This document shows, in pieces, positions 1 to 11,010 of a stretch of DNA of 64,000 nucleotides (the stretch's first letter is position 1; every line of letters starts with the position of its first letter). Origin of the DNA: Syntrophales bacterium (GTDB lineage Bacteria; Desulfobacterota; Syntrophia; Syntrophales; UBA4778); contig JBHGBI010000002.1 of NCBI GenBank assembly GCA_041946925.1, positions 67,299 to 131,298 on the forward strand, read 5' to 3'. The position numbers were made by a program, and so were the translations under genes. Below the pieces are notes generated by a model, which had not been told where the DNA came from, made no database searches, and saw only the letters and a list, made by a program, of their open reading frames with translations.

Positions 1-1
1 A

Positions 2-187
2 CCGGGCGTGAGTGAGATTGTCGCGGAAAAGCTGTTCAAAGAGGGCTTCAAGAGCGTGTCGACCATCGCTTCAGCGGATCCGGGGATGCTTACATCTGCA
101 TCGGGCATTGACGAAGAAACAGCCTCGAAGTGGATTGAAGAAGCGGGGAAAATTATTGCGGAAGAAGCGGTCGCGAAAAATGCCTGA
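2..187 (+). CDS. nusA: NusA C-terminal fragment (5' end lies outside the window)
   Basis: Frame 2 is open from the window edge to TGA at 185-187. It reads PGVSEIVAEKLFKEGFKSVSTIASADPGML..GIDEETASKWIEEAGKII, an HhH-type NusA C-terminal repeat, and sits directly upstream of infB. The listed ORF 12..197 is in the wrong frame. Confidence 0.8.
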   Translation, partial: PGVSEIVAEKLFKEGFKSVSTIASADPGMLTSASGIDEETASKWIEEAGKIIAEEAVAKNA

Positions 188-225
188 AAACTCGTGATCA
201 TGAAAGGATGCAAGGAGTTTAAAGA

Positions 226-2736
226 ATGTCGAAGACAAGAGTTTACGAGCTGGCCAAAGAGCTCGGTATTGACAACAGGGATCTGATTGCTCGCCTGGAG
301 AAGCTCGGGATCGCCGTAAAATCTCATTCAAGCTCCCTTGAAGACAGTGACGTCGAAAGGGTGCGAAAAGAATTCACCATGGGAGAATCGCATGAAATAG
401 AGGAAAAGAGGATCAAGGCCACCGTTATCAGGAGAAGGGCCGTACGTCCTGTGGTTGTCGAGGAGGCTGCTGCACCGGTTGTCGAAGAAGAAAAGGTGCG
501 GGCCAAAACCAGACCGAAGAAAGAGGAAGCCGCAGCGGAAAAGAAAGAGGAGAAGGTCGTAGTGGAAAAACCCGCCGCAACGACTGCAGAGACTGTCGCG
601 GACGTCTTGGCGCCCGTGGCGGCAAAAGTGGTCCCCTTTGAAAAACCCGAGATACCCCCCGCCGTTCAGCCGGCTCCTGAAGCAAAGACGAAAGAAGTGG
701 CAAAGGAGCCTGTAAAATCCCCGCCCGAGGTCGCGAAAGAGGAACCAGTCGTTAGAAAAACCGACGAGTCGGTCAGTCCCAAGCAGGTGAAAAAAGGGAA
801 GCGTCCCGTCGAGTTCGTCATGGATGAAGTCCCGACGAAGAAAAAGGCTTTTTTTAAACAGCTTGTGGATAAAAAAGACAAGCACTGGGAGAAAGAGCGG
901 GATGAGGATAAGCCTCTGAGATGGAAAGAGGCCAAAAGGGGAATAGCCGTCAAAATGAAAAAGACGGAGATTACGACCCCGAAGGCCATCAAAAGACGCA
1001 TCAAGATCGGTGATGCAATCAGGGTTGGGGATCTTGCCAAAAGAATGGGTGTAAAGGTGACAGAGGTGATAAACAAGCTGATCGGGCTCGGCGTTATGGC
1101 CTCCATCAACCAATCCATCGATTTCGATACGGCGTCTCTCATTGCCGCTGAATTCGGATACCAGGTTGAATCTATCGTTACCGAATATGAAGAACCCATC
1201 CAAAGGGCGGATGCTCTTCCTGCCAACTTGAAACCAAGAGCCCCGGTTGTGACTGTCATGGGGCATGTGGATCACGGCAAGACGTCGCTGCTGGATGCCA
1301 TCCGCCGGACCAATGTGATCGAGGGGGAGGCGGGAGGAATCACCCAGGCCATAGGGGCGTATCATGTGAAAATAAACGACCGGGATATCGTCTTTCTGGA
1401 TACGCCGGGGCATGAGGCATTTACCTCCATGAGGGCGCGCGGGGCGCAGGTTACGGATATCGTCGTACTCGTGGTTGCAGCCGATGACGGGGTAATGGAG
1501 CAGACGGTGGAAGCGATCAACCATGCCAGGGCCGCGAATGTACCGATCATTGTGGCTGTCAACAAGATCGACAAACCCGGGGCCAATGTAGAAAAAATCA
1601 TGAGAGAGCTTGCGGAGCACGGTCTCGTATCCGAAGAGTGGGGTGGTGATACCCTGTTCGCGAAGATCTCCGCAAAAAAGAAGATCGGGATAGAAGATCT
1701 TCTCGAATTGATCCTTCTGCAGGCGGACGTCATGGAATTGAAAGCCGATCCGGACAGGCCGGCCCGGGGCGTCATTATCGAGGCGAAACTGGATAAAGGA
1801 AGGGGTCCAGTCGCCACTGTCCTGATCCAGGAAGGGACTCTCCGGGAAGGAGACGCCTTTGTATGCAAAACCGAATTCGGCAGGGTCCGGGCGATGGTCG
1901 ATGACAAGGGACAGAGGATCAAGGAAGCCGGTCCTTCCACGCCCGTGGAGGTGATCGGCTTTTCAAATGTACCTAATGCCGGGACGGATTTTGTGACTGT
2001 GGAGGATGAAAAGAGAGCCAGGAGCATAAGCGATTACTGGGTCAGGAAAGAGCGAGAAAAAGAGCTCGCCTCAACCACGAAAATTACGCTGGAGCATTTA
2101 TACAGCAGGATCAGGGAAGGGGCCAAGGAACTCAATGTCATTCTGAAAGCGGACGTCCAGGGTTCCATCGAGGCCATTGCGGAGGCATTGAGGAAACTCA
2201 GCACATCCGATGTAAAGCTCAAGATAATTCACAGCTCGACGGGGGCCGTCACGGAAACGGATGTCCTGCTTGCATCCGCTTCCGATGCAATCATTATAGG
2301 ATTCAAAGTGAGACCTGATTCGAGGGTGACGGATATTGCCAAGGAAGAGGGGGTAGAGATCAAGCTCTATGATGTTATTTACGATGTCATCAACGATGTC
2401 AAGGCTGCCATGGAAGGAATGCTCGAACCCATCTACAAGGAAGTCTTCCTTGGGAGGGCCGAGGTTCGCGAGACGTTCAGGGTACCTAAAGTGGGGATGA
2501 TCGCTGGCAGTTATATCACCGAAGGCAAGGTTACGCGCGACGCGAAGATCAAATTGGTGAGGGACGGTGTCATGATATATAACGGCAAGGTCCTTTCCCT
2601 GAAGCGGTTCAAAGAGGATGCCCGGGAAGTTGCCGCTGGGTATGAATGCGGCATCGGCATAGAGAACTTCAACGACATAAAAGCCGGAGATGTGATCGAG
2701 GCTTATACGGAGGAGAGGGTCGAAAGAAAACTGTAA
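226..2736 (+). CDS. infB: translation initiation factor IF-2
   Basis: 836 aa with a Lys/Glu/Pro-rich N-terminal region. GTPase motifs are present ([28 protein letters not shown]). AAGGAG sits 8 nt upstream of the ATG. Confidence 0.97.
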   Translation: MSKTRVYELAKELGIDNRDLIARLEKLGIAVKSHSSSLEDSDVERVRKEFTMGESHEIEEKRIKATVIRRRAVRPVVVEEAAAPVVEEEKVRAKTRPKKEEAAAEKKEEKVVVEKPAATTAETVADVLAPVAAKVVPFEKPEIPPAVQPAPEAKTKEVAKEPVKSPPEVAKEEPVVRKTDESVSPKQVKKGKRPVEFVMDEVPTKKKAFFKQLVDKKDKHWEKERDEDKPLRWKEAKRGIAVKMKKTEITTPKAIKRRIKIGDAIRVGDLAKRMGVKVTEVINKLIGLGVMASINQSIDFDTASLIAAEFGYQVESIVTEYEEPIQRADALPANLKPRAPVVTVMGHVDHGKTSLLDAIRRTNVIEGEAGGITQAIGAYHVKINDRDIVFLDTPGHEAFTSMRARGAQVTDIVVLVVAADDGVMEQTVEAINHARAANVPIIVAVNKIDKPGANVEKIMRELAEHGLVSEEWGGDTLFAKISAKKKIGIEDLLELILLQADVMELKADPDRPARGVIIEAKLDKGRGPVATVLIQEGTLREGDAFVCKTEFGRVRAMVDDKGQRIKEAGPSTPVEVIGFSNVPNAGTDFVTVEDEKRARSISDYWVRKEREKELASTTKITLEHLYSRIREGAKELNVILKADVQGSIEAIAEALRKLSTSDVKLKIIHSSTGAVTETDVLLASASDAIIIGFKVRPDSRVTDIAKEEGVEIKLYDVIYDVINDVKAAMEGMLEPIYKEVFLGRAEVRETFRVPKVGMIAGSYITEGKVTRDAKIKLVRDGVMIYNGKVLSLKRFKEDAREVAAGYECGIGIENFNDIKAGDVIEAYTEERVERKL

Positions 2737-2800
2737 TCGAAGCCGCAATAAAGAATAAAGATGTCTCCTTCCGGCTTCTGAATTTGCATTCTCACAGAAA

Positions 2801-3106
2801 ATGGTTATCGGCACCGGGATCATAGAAATTTTCATCATCGAGAGCCGGTCTCTCAAAGATAAAAGAGGAGTCATAAGGAGTATCCTGAAGAGAACTCAGA
2901 ATGAGTTCAATATTTCCATTGCCGAGATCGGGGAAATGGATCACTGGAAAAGAGGACAAATCGGCTTCTGCCTGGTCGGAAACGACCGGAGTTATATTAA
3001 TTCCAAACTCGATAAGGTCTTGCGATTCATAGAGGATCTGTATCTTGCCGAGATTGTGAAGTCCCGCATAGAGATCGTTAGTCTTTCCGATGATATGGAA
3101 CTATAG
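2801..3106 (+). CDS. DUF503 (YlxP-like) protein
   Basis: 101 aa between infB and rbfA, the usual position for this family. The sequence IEIFIIESRSLKDKRGVIRSI is typical of DUF503. Confidence 0.75.
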   Translation: MVIGTGIIEIFIIESRSLKDKRGVIRSILKRTQNEFNISIAEIGEMDHWKRGQIGFCLVGNDRSYINSKLDKVLRFIEDLYLAEIVKSRIEIVSLSDDMEL

Positions 3107-3243
3107 AGCGATATTAAAAAATTGGCATCCTGAGGGCCGTTCCGGCGCAAGAGGGAATGCACGTGCTATTTGCTGGATGCCGGTGTTCGCCGGCATGACC
3201 AAGAGGAGTTTTTCAACATCCTGTTAGGGTGTTCCTATAATAT

Positions 3244-3642
3244 ATGGCAGTAAAGCGAGTTGGTCTGATGAATTTGAGAAGGTCTGATCGCGTAGCCGAT
3301 CTCATCAAGGCGGAGCTATCCGACATCATCTTGAGGCAGATCAGGGACCCCAGGATCGGAACCGTGACCATTACAGGTGTGAAGCTCACAGATGACCTCC
3401 GTTCGGCCAGGGTCTACTTTGTCCGGATGGGTCAGGATACCAACACGGGGGATATCCGGGAAGCGCTTCAGAAGGCGGCCGGTTTTTTGAAAAAAGAATT
3501 GGGCGCAAGGCTCCGGTTGCGTTACATTCCGTCCATAACTTTTGTTTACGACAAATCGTTCGAGTACGGCAGCCGCATAGAGAAATTGCTGGATGAAGTA
3601 AAAAGCCGGGATACAGAATCAGATGGTGAAGAGAATCATTGA
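3244..3642 (+). CDS. rbfA: ribosome-binding factor A
   Basis: RRSDRVADLIKAELSDIILRQIRDPRIG matches the RbfA N-terminus. The start is ambiguous: ATG 3244 lies only 2 nt after a TATAAT at 3236-3241, so ATG 3268 (MNLRRSDRV) is a plausible alternative. Confidence 0.85.
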   Translation: MAVKRVGLMNLRRSDRVADLIKAELSDIILRQIRDPRIGTVTITGVKLTDDLRSARVYFVRMGQDTNTGDIREALQKAAGFLKKELGARLRLRYIPSITFVYDKSFEYGSRIEKLLDEVKSRDTESDGEENH

Positions 3643-4600
3643 TGTTATAGCGTCCTGTAACGTTTTTCTTCTGACTTCTCATGTCAGACTTGACGGTGAT
3701 GCGATCGGATCGGAACTGGCTCTGTATCATGTCCTGAGGAGTATGGGCAAGAAAGCCGTTATTTACAACCAGGACGATATCCCGGTCAATTACAGGTTTC
3801 TGCCGGGCGTCGATCTCGTTGTCAATTCTCTGCCGGACGTCAGAGTTTTCGACGCCGCATTCATACTGGATTGCAGCGAACTGGAAAGAGTCGGTGAAGG
3901 GGCATCAGACATCAGGACGATTCCGGTGATAGTGAATATCGACCATCATGTCTCCAACGAGTCTTTCTGCGAGATTTCTCTCATTGATCCGGAGGCGAGC
4001 TCTACTGGCGAATTGATTTTCCGGATTTTGAATGAAATGAAATACCCCATCACGGAAGATGTTGCAACCAGTCTTTACACGGCGGTCATGACGGACACGG
4101 GATCGTTCCGTTACTCTAATACAAGCCGCAGCACGTTTCTCATGGCCGGGGAACTGGTAAGCATGGGCGCGGTTCCTCACCTGATAGCGGAAAAGATCTA
4201 CGAGACAGTCCCGGTTGCCAAAATCAGGCTTCTGGCGAGGGCGCTTGAAACTCTTGAATTCGCATGGGATGGAAAGATCAGCTCTATCGTGGTCACCCGG
4301 AAAATGCTCGAGGACGCGGATGCCCTGCCGGAAAACGCGGACAATTTCGCTGAATTCATCCGGAGCATGGAAGGGGTTCAGGTGGCGGTGTTCTATACGG
4401 AGCTGTCAACAAACCTGTTTAAGGTCAGTTTCCGATCCAAAGGCGTGGTCGATGTGGAAAAAGTGGCCAAACAATTCGGGGGCGGCGGTCACTCCAATGC
4501 CTCGGCTTGTAAAATAGCCGGCGATTTGACGACTGTCAAAAAGGAAGTGATAGGATCCATCATTGCAAGCGGATATGAACGGGATCGTGCCAATCCATAA
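3623..4600 (+). CDS. nrnA: DHH/DHHA1 phosphoesterase (NrnA-like oligoribonuclease / pAp phosphatase)
   Basis: DHH-family motifs are present (HVRLDGDAIGS, NIDHH, GGGGHSNASA). It occupies the conserved position between rbfA and truB. Confidence 0.8.
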   Translation: MVKRIIDVIASCNVFLLTSHVRLDGDAIGSELALYHVLRSMGKKAVIYNQDDIPVNYRFLPGVDLVVNSLPDVRVFDAAFILDCSELERVGEGASDIRTIPVIVNIDHHVSNESFCEISLIDPEASSTGELIFRILNEMKYPITEDVATSLYTAVMTDTGSFRYSNTSRSTFLMAGELVSMGAVPHLIAEKIYETVPVAKIRLLARALETLEFAWDGKISSIVVTRKMLEDADALPENADNFAEFIRSMEGVQVAVFYTELSTNLFKVSFRSKGVVDVEKVAKQFGGGGHSNASACKIAGDLTTVKKEVIGSIIASGYERDRANP

Positions 4601-5507
4601 GCCGTCCGGCAGGACGTCGCACGATGTTGTCGAAGAGATAAGGAGAATACCCGGGATTAAAAAAGCCGGACACACGGGCACTCTCGATCCTCTGGCTACG
4701 GGCGTGTTGCCCGTTTGCCTCAACGAGGCGACGAAATTGGTTCAATTTTTGATCCAGGAACCCAAGTCGTACAGGGCGACTATGCTGCTCGGCGTAGCAA
4801 CAGATACGCTGGATATCGAGGGTGAAATTGTGGAGAGAGGCGATGTCGACGTACGGAGGGAAGATGTAGAAAGTGCCTTGAAAAGTTTTTCCGGCACGTT
4901 AAGGCAAAAGCCGCCCAGGTACTCGGCCGTCAAATTCAGGGGAAAACCTCTGTACAAGTGGACAAGGCGGGGGATCCATGTAGAGCCGGCTCCCCGGATT
5001 ATCGAGATATACCGGATTGAAATATTGGATATGGACCTGCCCTATGTGACTTTCTCCGTCGACTGTTCCGCAGGAACTTATATCAGGTCTCTGTGCCGCG
5101 ATATCGGCGCAAAGCTGGGTTGTCCCGCGTGTCTTTCCGGTCTTGTCAGGACAAGAAACGGGCCATTCAGGGAGGACAAAGCCGTTTCGCTGGAGGGTTT
5201 CGATACTGACGAGAAGAAAGCGATACTGGAAAAAAACATGATCTCAATAGATGAGATGCTGCCGCATTTGTCCGCGGTCGTGGTGGGTGAGAGCCTGGCT
5301 TGCAGATTGAGAAGTGGATTGCAGCCGACTCTCGAGGACATCGGCGATATCCATATGCCCCGGGTTTCCGCCGGAGACACGGTGAAATTTGTCTCCGGGG
5401 ACAAGCGTCTCATCGCCGTCGCCCGGATGCTGTATTCCTCAGACGAGATGAGGACTGTGGGCTTGAAAAAGTCTTTGGTGAAGATTCTGAGAGTTTTCAA
5501 CCATTGA
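4575..5507 (+). CDS. truB: tRNA pseudouridine-55 synthase
   Basis: MNGIVPIHKPSGRTSHDVV..GHTGTLDPLATGVLP contains the TruB catalytic Asp motif. I prefer ATG 4575 to the TTG at 4563 given in the ORF track. Confidence 0.93.
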   Translation: MNGIVPIHKPSGRTSHDVVEEIRRIPGIKKAGHTGTLDPLATGVLPVCLNEATKLVQFLIQEPKSYRATMLLGVATDTLDIEGEIVERGDVDVRREDVESALKSFSGTLRQKPPRYSAVKFRGKPLYKWTRRGIHVEPAPRIIEIYRIEILDMDLPYVTFSVDCSAGTYIRSLCRDIGAKLGCPACLSGLVRTRNGPFREDKAVSLEGFDTDEKKAILEKNMISIDEMLPHLSAVVVGESLACRLRSGLQPTLEDIGDIHMPRVSAGDTVKFVSGDKRLIAVARMLYSSDEMRTVGLKKSLVKILRVFNH

Positions 5508-5587
5508 AATCGACATTACGGTGGCAATAAGTGTGAAAAAAGATGTATATATAATCAAGAACATACAATTTAAGGGAGGTTTTATCA

Positions 5588-5857
5588 GTGGCATTAGAGT
5601 TAGAAAAAAAGAGGGAAATCATCGGCGGTTTTCAGAAGCATGAGAAAGACACGGGGTCTCCGGAGGTGCAGATTGCCCTTTTGAGCGCAAGGATACAGTA
5701 CTTGACGGAGCACTTCAAGACGCACAAGAAGGATCACCACTCCCGCAGGGGGCTTCTGAAGATGGTGGGCCAGAGGAGACGACTGCTGGATTATCTCAAG
5801 AAGAAAGATGTGGAACGGTACAGAGACGTGATCCAGCGCCTGGGCATCAGGCGGTAA
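5588..5857 (+). CDS. rpsO: 30S ribosomal protein S15
   Basis: 89 aa with a GTG start preceded by [41 protein letters not shown] is a typical S15 sequence. Confidence 0.96.
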   Translation: MALELEKKREIIGGFQKHEKDTGSPEVQIALLSARIQYLTEHFKTHKKDHHSRRGLLKMVGQRRRLLDYLKKKDVERYRDVIQRLGIRR

Positions 5858-5906
5858 AGCTGTTTTCTGCGCTGTCCAGAAAGAGAGAAAAGAGGAATAT
5901 AATCTA

Positions 5907-8033
5907 ATGATTCAATTTAAAACAAATTTTGCAGGGAGGGAGATATCCCTGAAGGCGAATTATCTTGCGGGTCAGGCCGATGGCTCGGTCCTTGTGACTT
6001 ATGGGGACACAGTGGTGCTTGTCACTGTAGTTTCATCCAGGAGTAAGCGGGAAGGGACCGATTTTCTGCCTCTAACTGTGGATTACCAGGAAATGACATT
6101 CGCGGCGGGCAAGATACCCGGCGGGTTCTTCAAGCGGGAAGGCAGGCCCAATGAGCGGGAAATACTTATTTCCAGGATCATCGACAGGTCTGTGCGCCCC
6201 CTTTTCCCCAAAGGGTATTTTCACGAGACGCAGATCGTCGCAACTGTCCTTTCGGTGGATAACGAGAATGATCCCGATGTCGCCGCCATGCTGGGTGCGT
6301 CTGCAGCCCTGGAAATATCGGACATACCTTTCAAGGGGCCCGTGGCAGGCGTCAGAGTCGGCAGGATCAATAATGCACTCGTATGCAATCCATCGAATAA
6401 GGAGATGGCGGAAAGCGATCTTGACCTCTTCTTTGTGGGGAGAAAGATAGTCACGGAGGACGGCGGATACGACGTCAACCTGGTCATGCTCGAAGGGGGT
6501 GCTGACGAGGTTACAGAGGACGTTGTGATCGACGCGATCAAGTTCGGATTGGAATCGATTAAACCGGTTCTTGAACTTCAGGACGACATACGCCGGACTA
6601 TAGGCAAAGAAAAAAGGACGGTCGACAGAATCGAATACGATGAAGCCCTCAAGAACAAAGTGATAAGCTTGGCAACGGAGGGCCTGAAAGAGGCATACAG
6701 GATCCCCGGCAAACTGGAAAGATATTCAAGGCTGGACCAGGTAAAAGAATCGGTTCTCCAGGCCTTTTCATCGGAAGAAGAAATTCCCGTTGCCCTTATC
6801 GATGGGATAATGGAGGAATTGACGCGCAAGATTCTCAGGGAGATGATCCTGAAGGAAGGGGTGAGAATTGACGGCCGATCCCTCACGGATATCAGGCCGA
6901 TTACCTGCGACATAGGAATTCTGCCGCGGACTCACGGATCGGGTCTGTTCATAAGGGGAGAAACTCAGGCTCTTGCAGTTCTGACCCTCGGCACCTCTTC
7001 CGACGAGCAGAGAATGGACTATATCAGCGGCGAGGAATTGAGGTCGTTCATCCTGCATTATAATTTTCCGCCTTACAGTGTGGGAGAGGTCAAAGGATTG
7101 AGAGGACCGGGCAGGAGAGAGATAGGGCACGGTGCGCTGGCAAGAAGGGCCCTGTTGCCGGTATTGCCCTCGCAGGAGCAGTTTCCTTACACGATCCGCA
7201 TTGTGTCCGAGATTCTCTCGTCCAATGGATCGTCGTCTATGGCGACGGTCTGCGGAAGCTGTCTTGCCCTCATGGATGGAGGTGTGCCGATTCGGGACAT
7301 TGTTGCCGGAGTCGCCATGGGTCTGTTGAAGGAAGGAGACCAGGTGGCCATATTGTCGGATATCCTGGGCGACGAAGATCATGCCGGCGATATGGATTTC
7401 AAGATCTGCGGTACAAAAAAAGGCATCACCGCCATGCAGATGGATATCAAGATCGACCGTGTGACCGAGGAGATTCTGAGGAAGGCGCTTTCACAGGCGC
7501 GGGAAGGAAGGCTTTTTATTCTGGCCAAGCTGAAGGAGACCATTTCGGAACCGAGGCCGGACATATCCATCTATGCTCCGAGGATTACCACGCTCAAGGT
7601 AAAACCCGATAAGATCAGAGATGTGATCGGCTCCGGCGGAAAGAATATAAGGCAGATCGTAAGTGAAACAGGTGTGAACATAGATGTGCAGGATGACGGT
7701 ACCGTCACTATTGCTTCCAACGATTCCGATGCAGCGGCAAGGGCCGTAGCCATGGTCAAGTGGCTGACCGAAGAGGCGGAAGTCGGGAAACTGTATTGGG
7801 GAGTCGTCAAGAGAGTGGTTGACTTCGGCGCTTTTGTGGAAATTCTGCCCGGTACCGAAGGACTGGTTCACATATCTCAGCTCGCGAAAGAGAGAGTCCA
7901 TAAGGTGACAGATATCCTGAACGAAGGCGATAAGGTTCTGGTTAAAGTACTCGAGATCGACAAACAGGGAAAAATCAGATTGAGCAGGAAAGACGCGTTG
8001 GGTGAGAATGTACCGCAAAACGGTCCTCGATAA
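5907..8033 (+). CDS. pnp: polyribonucleotide nucleotidyltransferase (PNPase)
   Basis: 708 aa with two RNase PH domains followed by KH and S1 domains (GKLYWGVVKRVVDFGAFVEILPGTEGLVHISQL). It follows rpsO as in the conserved operon. Confidence 0.97.
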   Translation: MIQFKTNFAGREISLKANYLAGQADGSVLVTYGDTVVLVTVVSSRSKREGTDFLPLTVDYQEMTFAAGKIPGGFFKREGRPNEREILISRIIDRSVRPLFPKGYFHETQIVATVLSVDNENDPDVAAMLGASAALEISDIPFKGPVAGVRVGRINNALVCNPSNKEMAESDLDLFFVGRKIVTEDGGYDVNLVMLEGGADEVTEDVVIDAIKFGLESIKPVLELQDDIRRTIGKEKRTVDRIEYDEALKNKVISLATEGLKEAYRIPGKLERYSRLDQVKESVLQAFSSEEEIPVALIDGIMEELTRKILREMILKEGVRIDGRSLTDIRPITCDIGILPRTHGSGLFIRGETQALAVLTLGTSSDEQRMDYISGEELRSFILHYNFPPYSVGEVKGLRGPGRREIGHGALARRALLPVLPSQEQFPYTIRIVSEILSSNGSSSMATVCGSCLALMDGGVPIRDIVAGVAMGLLKEGDQVAILSDILGDEDHAGDMDFKICGTKKGITAMQMDIKIDRVTEEILRKALSQAREGRLFILAKLKETISEPRPDISIYAPRITTLKVKPDKIRDVIGSGGKNIRQIVSETGVNIDVQDDGTVTIASNDSDAAARAVAMVKWLTEEAEVGKLYWGVVKRVVDFGAFVEILPGTEGLVHISQLAKERVHKVTDILNEGDKVLVKVLEIDKQGKIRLSRKDALGENVPQNGPR

Positions 8034-9279
8034 TGGTTTAAGAATCGTCTCGGAAGAGATCCATCATGTCAGATCGGTATCCATTGGAATCTGGGTTCGA
8101 TGCGGATCACGGGATGAGGATCGTTTTACAAACGGGACGGCTCATTTCATAGAGCACATGCTCTTCAAAGGAACGGGTACGAGATCCGCTTATGACATCG
8201 CCTCCGCCATCGATTCGATCGGAGGCATTGTCAATGCATATACAGGCAAAGAGATCACGTCTTTTTACATGAAAGTGCCCGATTATCACCTCTGCCGGGC
8301 CATCGAAATTCTCTCCGATATCTTCAATAACTCGCTTTTCGATCCCTCTGAAATAGAAAAGGAGAAATCTGTCATCCTCCAGGAGATCTGCATGATCGAG
8401 GATACTCCGGATGAATATGTCTATGATTTTTTCGGCGAAATCTTCTGGAACGGCCATCCTCTCGGTCTGCCCGTACTGGGGAGTAGAGAAACAGTGTCGA
8501 ATCTGGACAGGAATGGTCTTCTGGGTTTTTTCAACGACAAATACAGGGCTGATCATATTGTCGTTGCGGCAACGGGAAATCTAAAACACGATGATCTGGT
8601 CAAGCAGGTCGAGAATGCATTCAGCGGGCTGAAGGGAGGAGGCAACGGGGTCAGATCGAAGGCACCCACTGCCTCTTCGAGGATAGGCGTCCTTGGCAGG
8701 GACCTGGAACAGGTGCACCTGATCATGGGCACACTGGGTCCGTCGTTCACCGACCCTTCGCGGTATTCAGCGTATCTGATGAACGCAGTGCTCGGCGGAA
8801 GCATGAGCTCGAGGCTCTTCCAGGAGATAAGGGAAAAAAGAGGGCTTGCGTATTCAGTTCACTCGTATATCGTTCCCTATGAAGAAGTCGGCAAATTCGG
8901 TGTGTATGTAGGAATGAGCGAGGATAAGGTGAAAGACGTCATCGGCATCGTTCTTTCCGAACTGGACCGGATCAGGACTGAGTATATATCTGATAAAGAA
9001 CTACACACCGCGAAGGAGCAGATCAAAGGTAATTTTCTGCTTGGAATGGAAAGCACGGACAGCAGGATGACAAGGCTCGCCAAGAACGAAATTTATTTCG
9101 GGCGCCATTTTTCGCCGGAAGAGACAGTGGAGAACATCGAGGCGGTCACCAGAGAAAAAATCAGGACTCTGGCGCAGAATCTGCTGGGATCCGCGACTCT
9201 TTCCGCGGCGGCTGTGGGGAGAATATCAGAAGAGGATATTGTTCTGGAACCATTCGGCCATGGCGGCCTGGCGGAATAA
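8008..9279 (+). CDS. M16 family zinc peptidase (pitrilysin/insulinase-like)
   Basis: The inverted zinc motif HFIEH is present near the N-terminus (GTAHFIEHMLFKGT). ATG 8008 overlaps the pnp 3' end by 26 nt. Confidence 0.88.
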   Translation: MYRKTVLDNGLRIVSEEIHHVRSVSIGIWVRCGSRDEDRFTNGTAHFIEHMLFKGTGTRSAYDIASAIDSIGGIVNAYTGKEITSFYMKVPDYHLCRAIEILSDIFNNSLFDPSEIEKEKSVILQEICMIEDTPDEYVYDFFGEIFWNGHPLGLPVLGSRETVSNLDRNGLLGFFNDKYRADHIVVAATGNLKHDDLVKQVENAFSGLKGGGNGVRSKAPTASSRIGVLGRDLEQVHLIMGTLGPSFTDPSRYSAYLMNAVLGGSMSSRLFQEIREKRGLAYSVHSYIVPYEEVGKFGVYVGMSEDKVKDVIGIVLSELDRIRTEYISDKELHTAKEQIKGNFLLGMESTDSRMTRLAKNEIYFGRHFSPEETVENIEAVTREKIRTLAQNLLGSATLSAAAVGRISEEDIVLEPFGHGGLAE

Positions 9280-9286
9280 CGGCGGT

Positions 9287-9736
9287 ATGGTCAGGAATAT
9301 AAGAGTATCTGTCGAAAAGTTGCCGGGAGCCGAGGAGGTATCCCTTCCACGTTACATGACGGAACATTCGGCGGGCATGGATATCTTTGCCGCGGTCACG
9401 GAAGATACAATTATTCTTCCGGGTGAGCGGAAGTTGATACCCACGGGCTTGGCGATCTCTCTTCCGGAAGGATACGAAGCCGAGATCCGGCCGCGAAGCG
9501 GTCTTGCAATCAAATACGGCGTGACGCTCATTAACTCTCCAGGAACCATAGACGCCGATTATCGCGGCGAGATCGGGATTCTGCTCATTAATCACGGCAA
9601 AGAGCCTTATGTTGTGAAGAGGGGAGACCGGATCGCCCAGATGATTGTGCACCCGGTGTGCCGTGTAGAATGGGATTTGAATGGGGGGCTGGACGAGACA
9701 TCCAGGGGAAGAGGCGGGTTCGGGCATACAGGATAA
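9287..9736 (+). CDS. dut: dUTP diphosphatase
   Basis: SAGMDIFA, IRPRSGLAIKYG, GTIDADYRGEI and RGRGGFGHTG are the dUTPase motifs. I chose ATG 9287, just after the upstream stop at 9279, over the listed 9239. Confidence 0.93.
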   Translation: MVRNIRVSVEKLPGAEEVSLPRYMTEHSAGMDIFAAVTEDTIILPGERKLIPTGLAISLPEGYEAEIRPRSGLAIKYGVTLINSPGTIDADYRGEIGILLINHGKEPYVVKRGDRIAQMIVHPVCRVEWDLNGGLDETSRGRGGFGHTG

Positions 9737-9806
9737 AAAAGTTTCAGGCCCAGGCGGGAAAAGCATTTTTCAACACTATGTGGGGACTGTAAAGAGGTTG
9801 GTATTC

Positions 9807-10985
9807 ATGGGCAAGTACAAGATCAATAAGACATACAGGGAAATTAATGAAAAGATAAGACTCGGTCAGGTGGTCGTGGTCACGGCTGAAGAGATGATCG
9901 GCATTGTCGAGAAGCACGGCGATATCGAGGCCGCGAAAAAGGTAGACGTGGTTACAACCGGTACATTTGCCCCCATGTGCTCTTCCGGCGCTTTCCTGAA
10001 TTTTGGACATACTTCTCCGAGGATCAAGGCTTCGAAAATATGGCTCAATGATGTCCCTGCTTACGGAGGGATCGCTGCCGTCGACTGTTATATAGGCGCG
10101 GCAGAGGTTGTGGAAGGTGACCCGCTCAACAGCGTGTATCCCGGTGAATTCAACTATGGAGGGGGACATGTCATAGAAGACCTGGTGGCGGGCAATGTGA
10201 TACGGCTGCGCGCCGAAGGGTACGGGACGGATTGCTATCCATCGCGGAAGTTCGAAAAGAACATAACGATAAACGACCTCCGGGACGCCATCCTCTTCAA
10301 CCCCCGTAATGCTTACCAGAACTACAGTTGCGCCGTCAACATGTCCGATAAGACCATTTATACTTACATGGGCGTGCTGAGGCCCCGCATGGCTAATGCC
10401 AATTATTCCACGTCGGGACAGCTCAGCCCTCTCTTCAACGATCCCTATTACAGGACGATCGGAATCGGTACGCGTATATTTCTGGGGGGCGCTCAAGGGT
10501 ACGTGGCGTGGCACGGAACTCAGCATAGTCCTGATGTCGAAAGAAGCGCCAAAGGCATTCCGAAAACAGGAGCGGGCACAATCGCCACGATCGGCGATCT
10601 GAAGCAGATGAAGCCGCAATGGCTGGTGGGGGCCAGTATACTCGGCTATGGAGTTTCGCTATATGTAGGCATCGGTATTCCCATCCCCATACTGAATGAG
10701 GAAATGGCCCGCTCGACGGCCGTGAAGGATGAAGACATCTATACTCAGGTCTATGACTACAGCATGGATTATCCAAAAGGCGAACTGAAAAGCATTGCGG
10801 AGGTCAGTTATAAAGAGCTGAGAAGCGGCGCGATCACCGTCAACGGCAGGAAGATCACCACCGCGCCGCTTTCGAGTTATTATAAGGCGCGGGAAATCGC
10901 GGATATCCTGAAGGGCTGGATAGCCAGAGGAGAGTTTATGCTGGGTGAGCCGCAGCAACTGCTTCCGTCTGTTTCCGTCGGTTAG
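9807..10985 (+). CDS. DUF39 / COG1900 family protein (homocysteine biosynthesis-type)
   Basis: 392 aa from ATG 9807, with AAAGAGG 8 nt upstream. The N-terminus YREINEKIRLGQVVVVTAEEM..VDVVTTGTF is characteristic of the COG1900 family, which has been implicated in sulfide-dependent homocysteine formation in methanogens. Confidence 0.7.
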   Translation: MGKYKINKTYREINEKIRLGQVVVVTAEEMIGIVEKHGDIEAAKKVDVVTTGTFAPMCSSGAFLNFGHTSPRIKASKIWLNDVPAYGGIAAVDCYIGAAEVVEGDPLNSVYPGEFNYGGGHVIEDLVAGNVIRLRAEGYGTDCYPSRKFEKNITINDLRDAILFNPRNAYQNYSCAVNMSDKTIYTYMGVLRPRMANANYSTSGQLSPLFNDPYYRTIGIGTRIFLGGAQGYVAWHGTQHSPDVERSAKGIPKTGAGTIATIGDLKQMKPQWLVGASILGYGVSLYVGIGIPIPILNEEMARSTAVKDEDIYTQVYDYSMDYPKGELKSIAEVSYKELRSGAITVNGRKITTAPLSSYYKAREIADILKGWIARGEFMLGEPQQLLPSVSVG

Positions 10986-11010
10986 CTTCAAATCCGGCTC
11001 TTTGCTTGAG

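Noticed and set aside
12-197. Listed 61-aa ORF at the window start.
   Set aside because: It is an Arg/Lys-rich out-of-frame translation. Frame 2 encodes the NusA C-terminus instead.
3107-3243. Possible independent element or ncRNA between the DUF503 gene and rbfA.
   Set aside because: The content is explained by family-b repeat pieces (CATCCTGAGG and a TGCCGG..CCGGCATGAC hairpin) plus a possible TATAAT promoter for rbfA. Nothing further could be supported.
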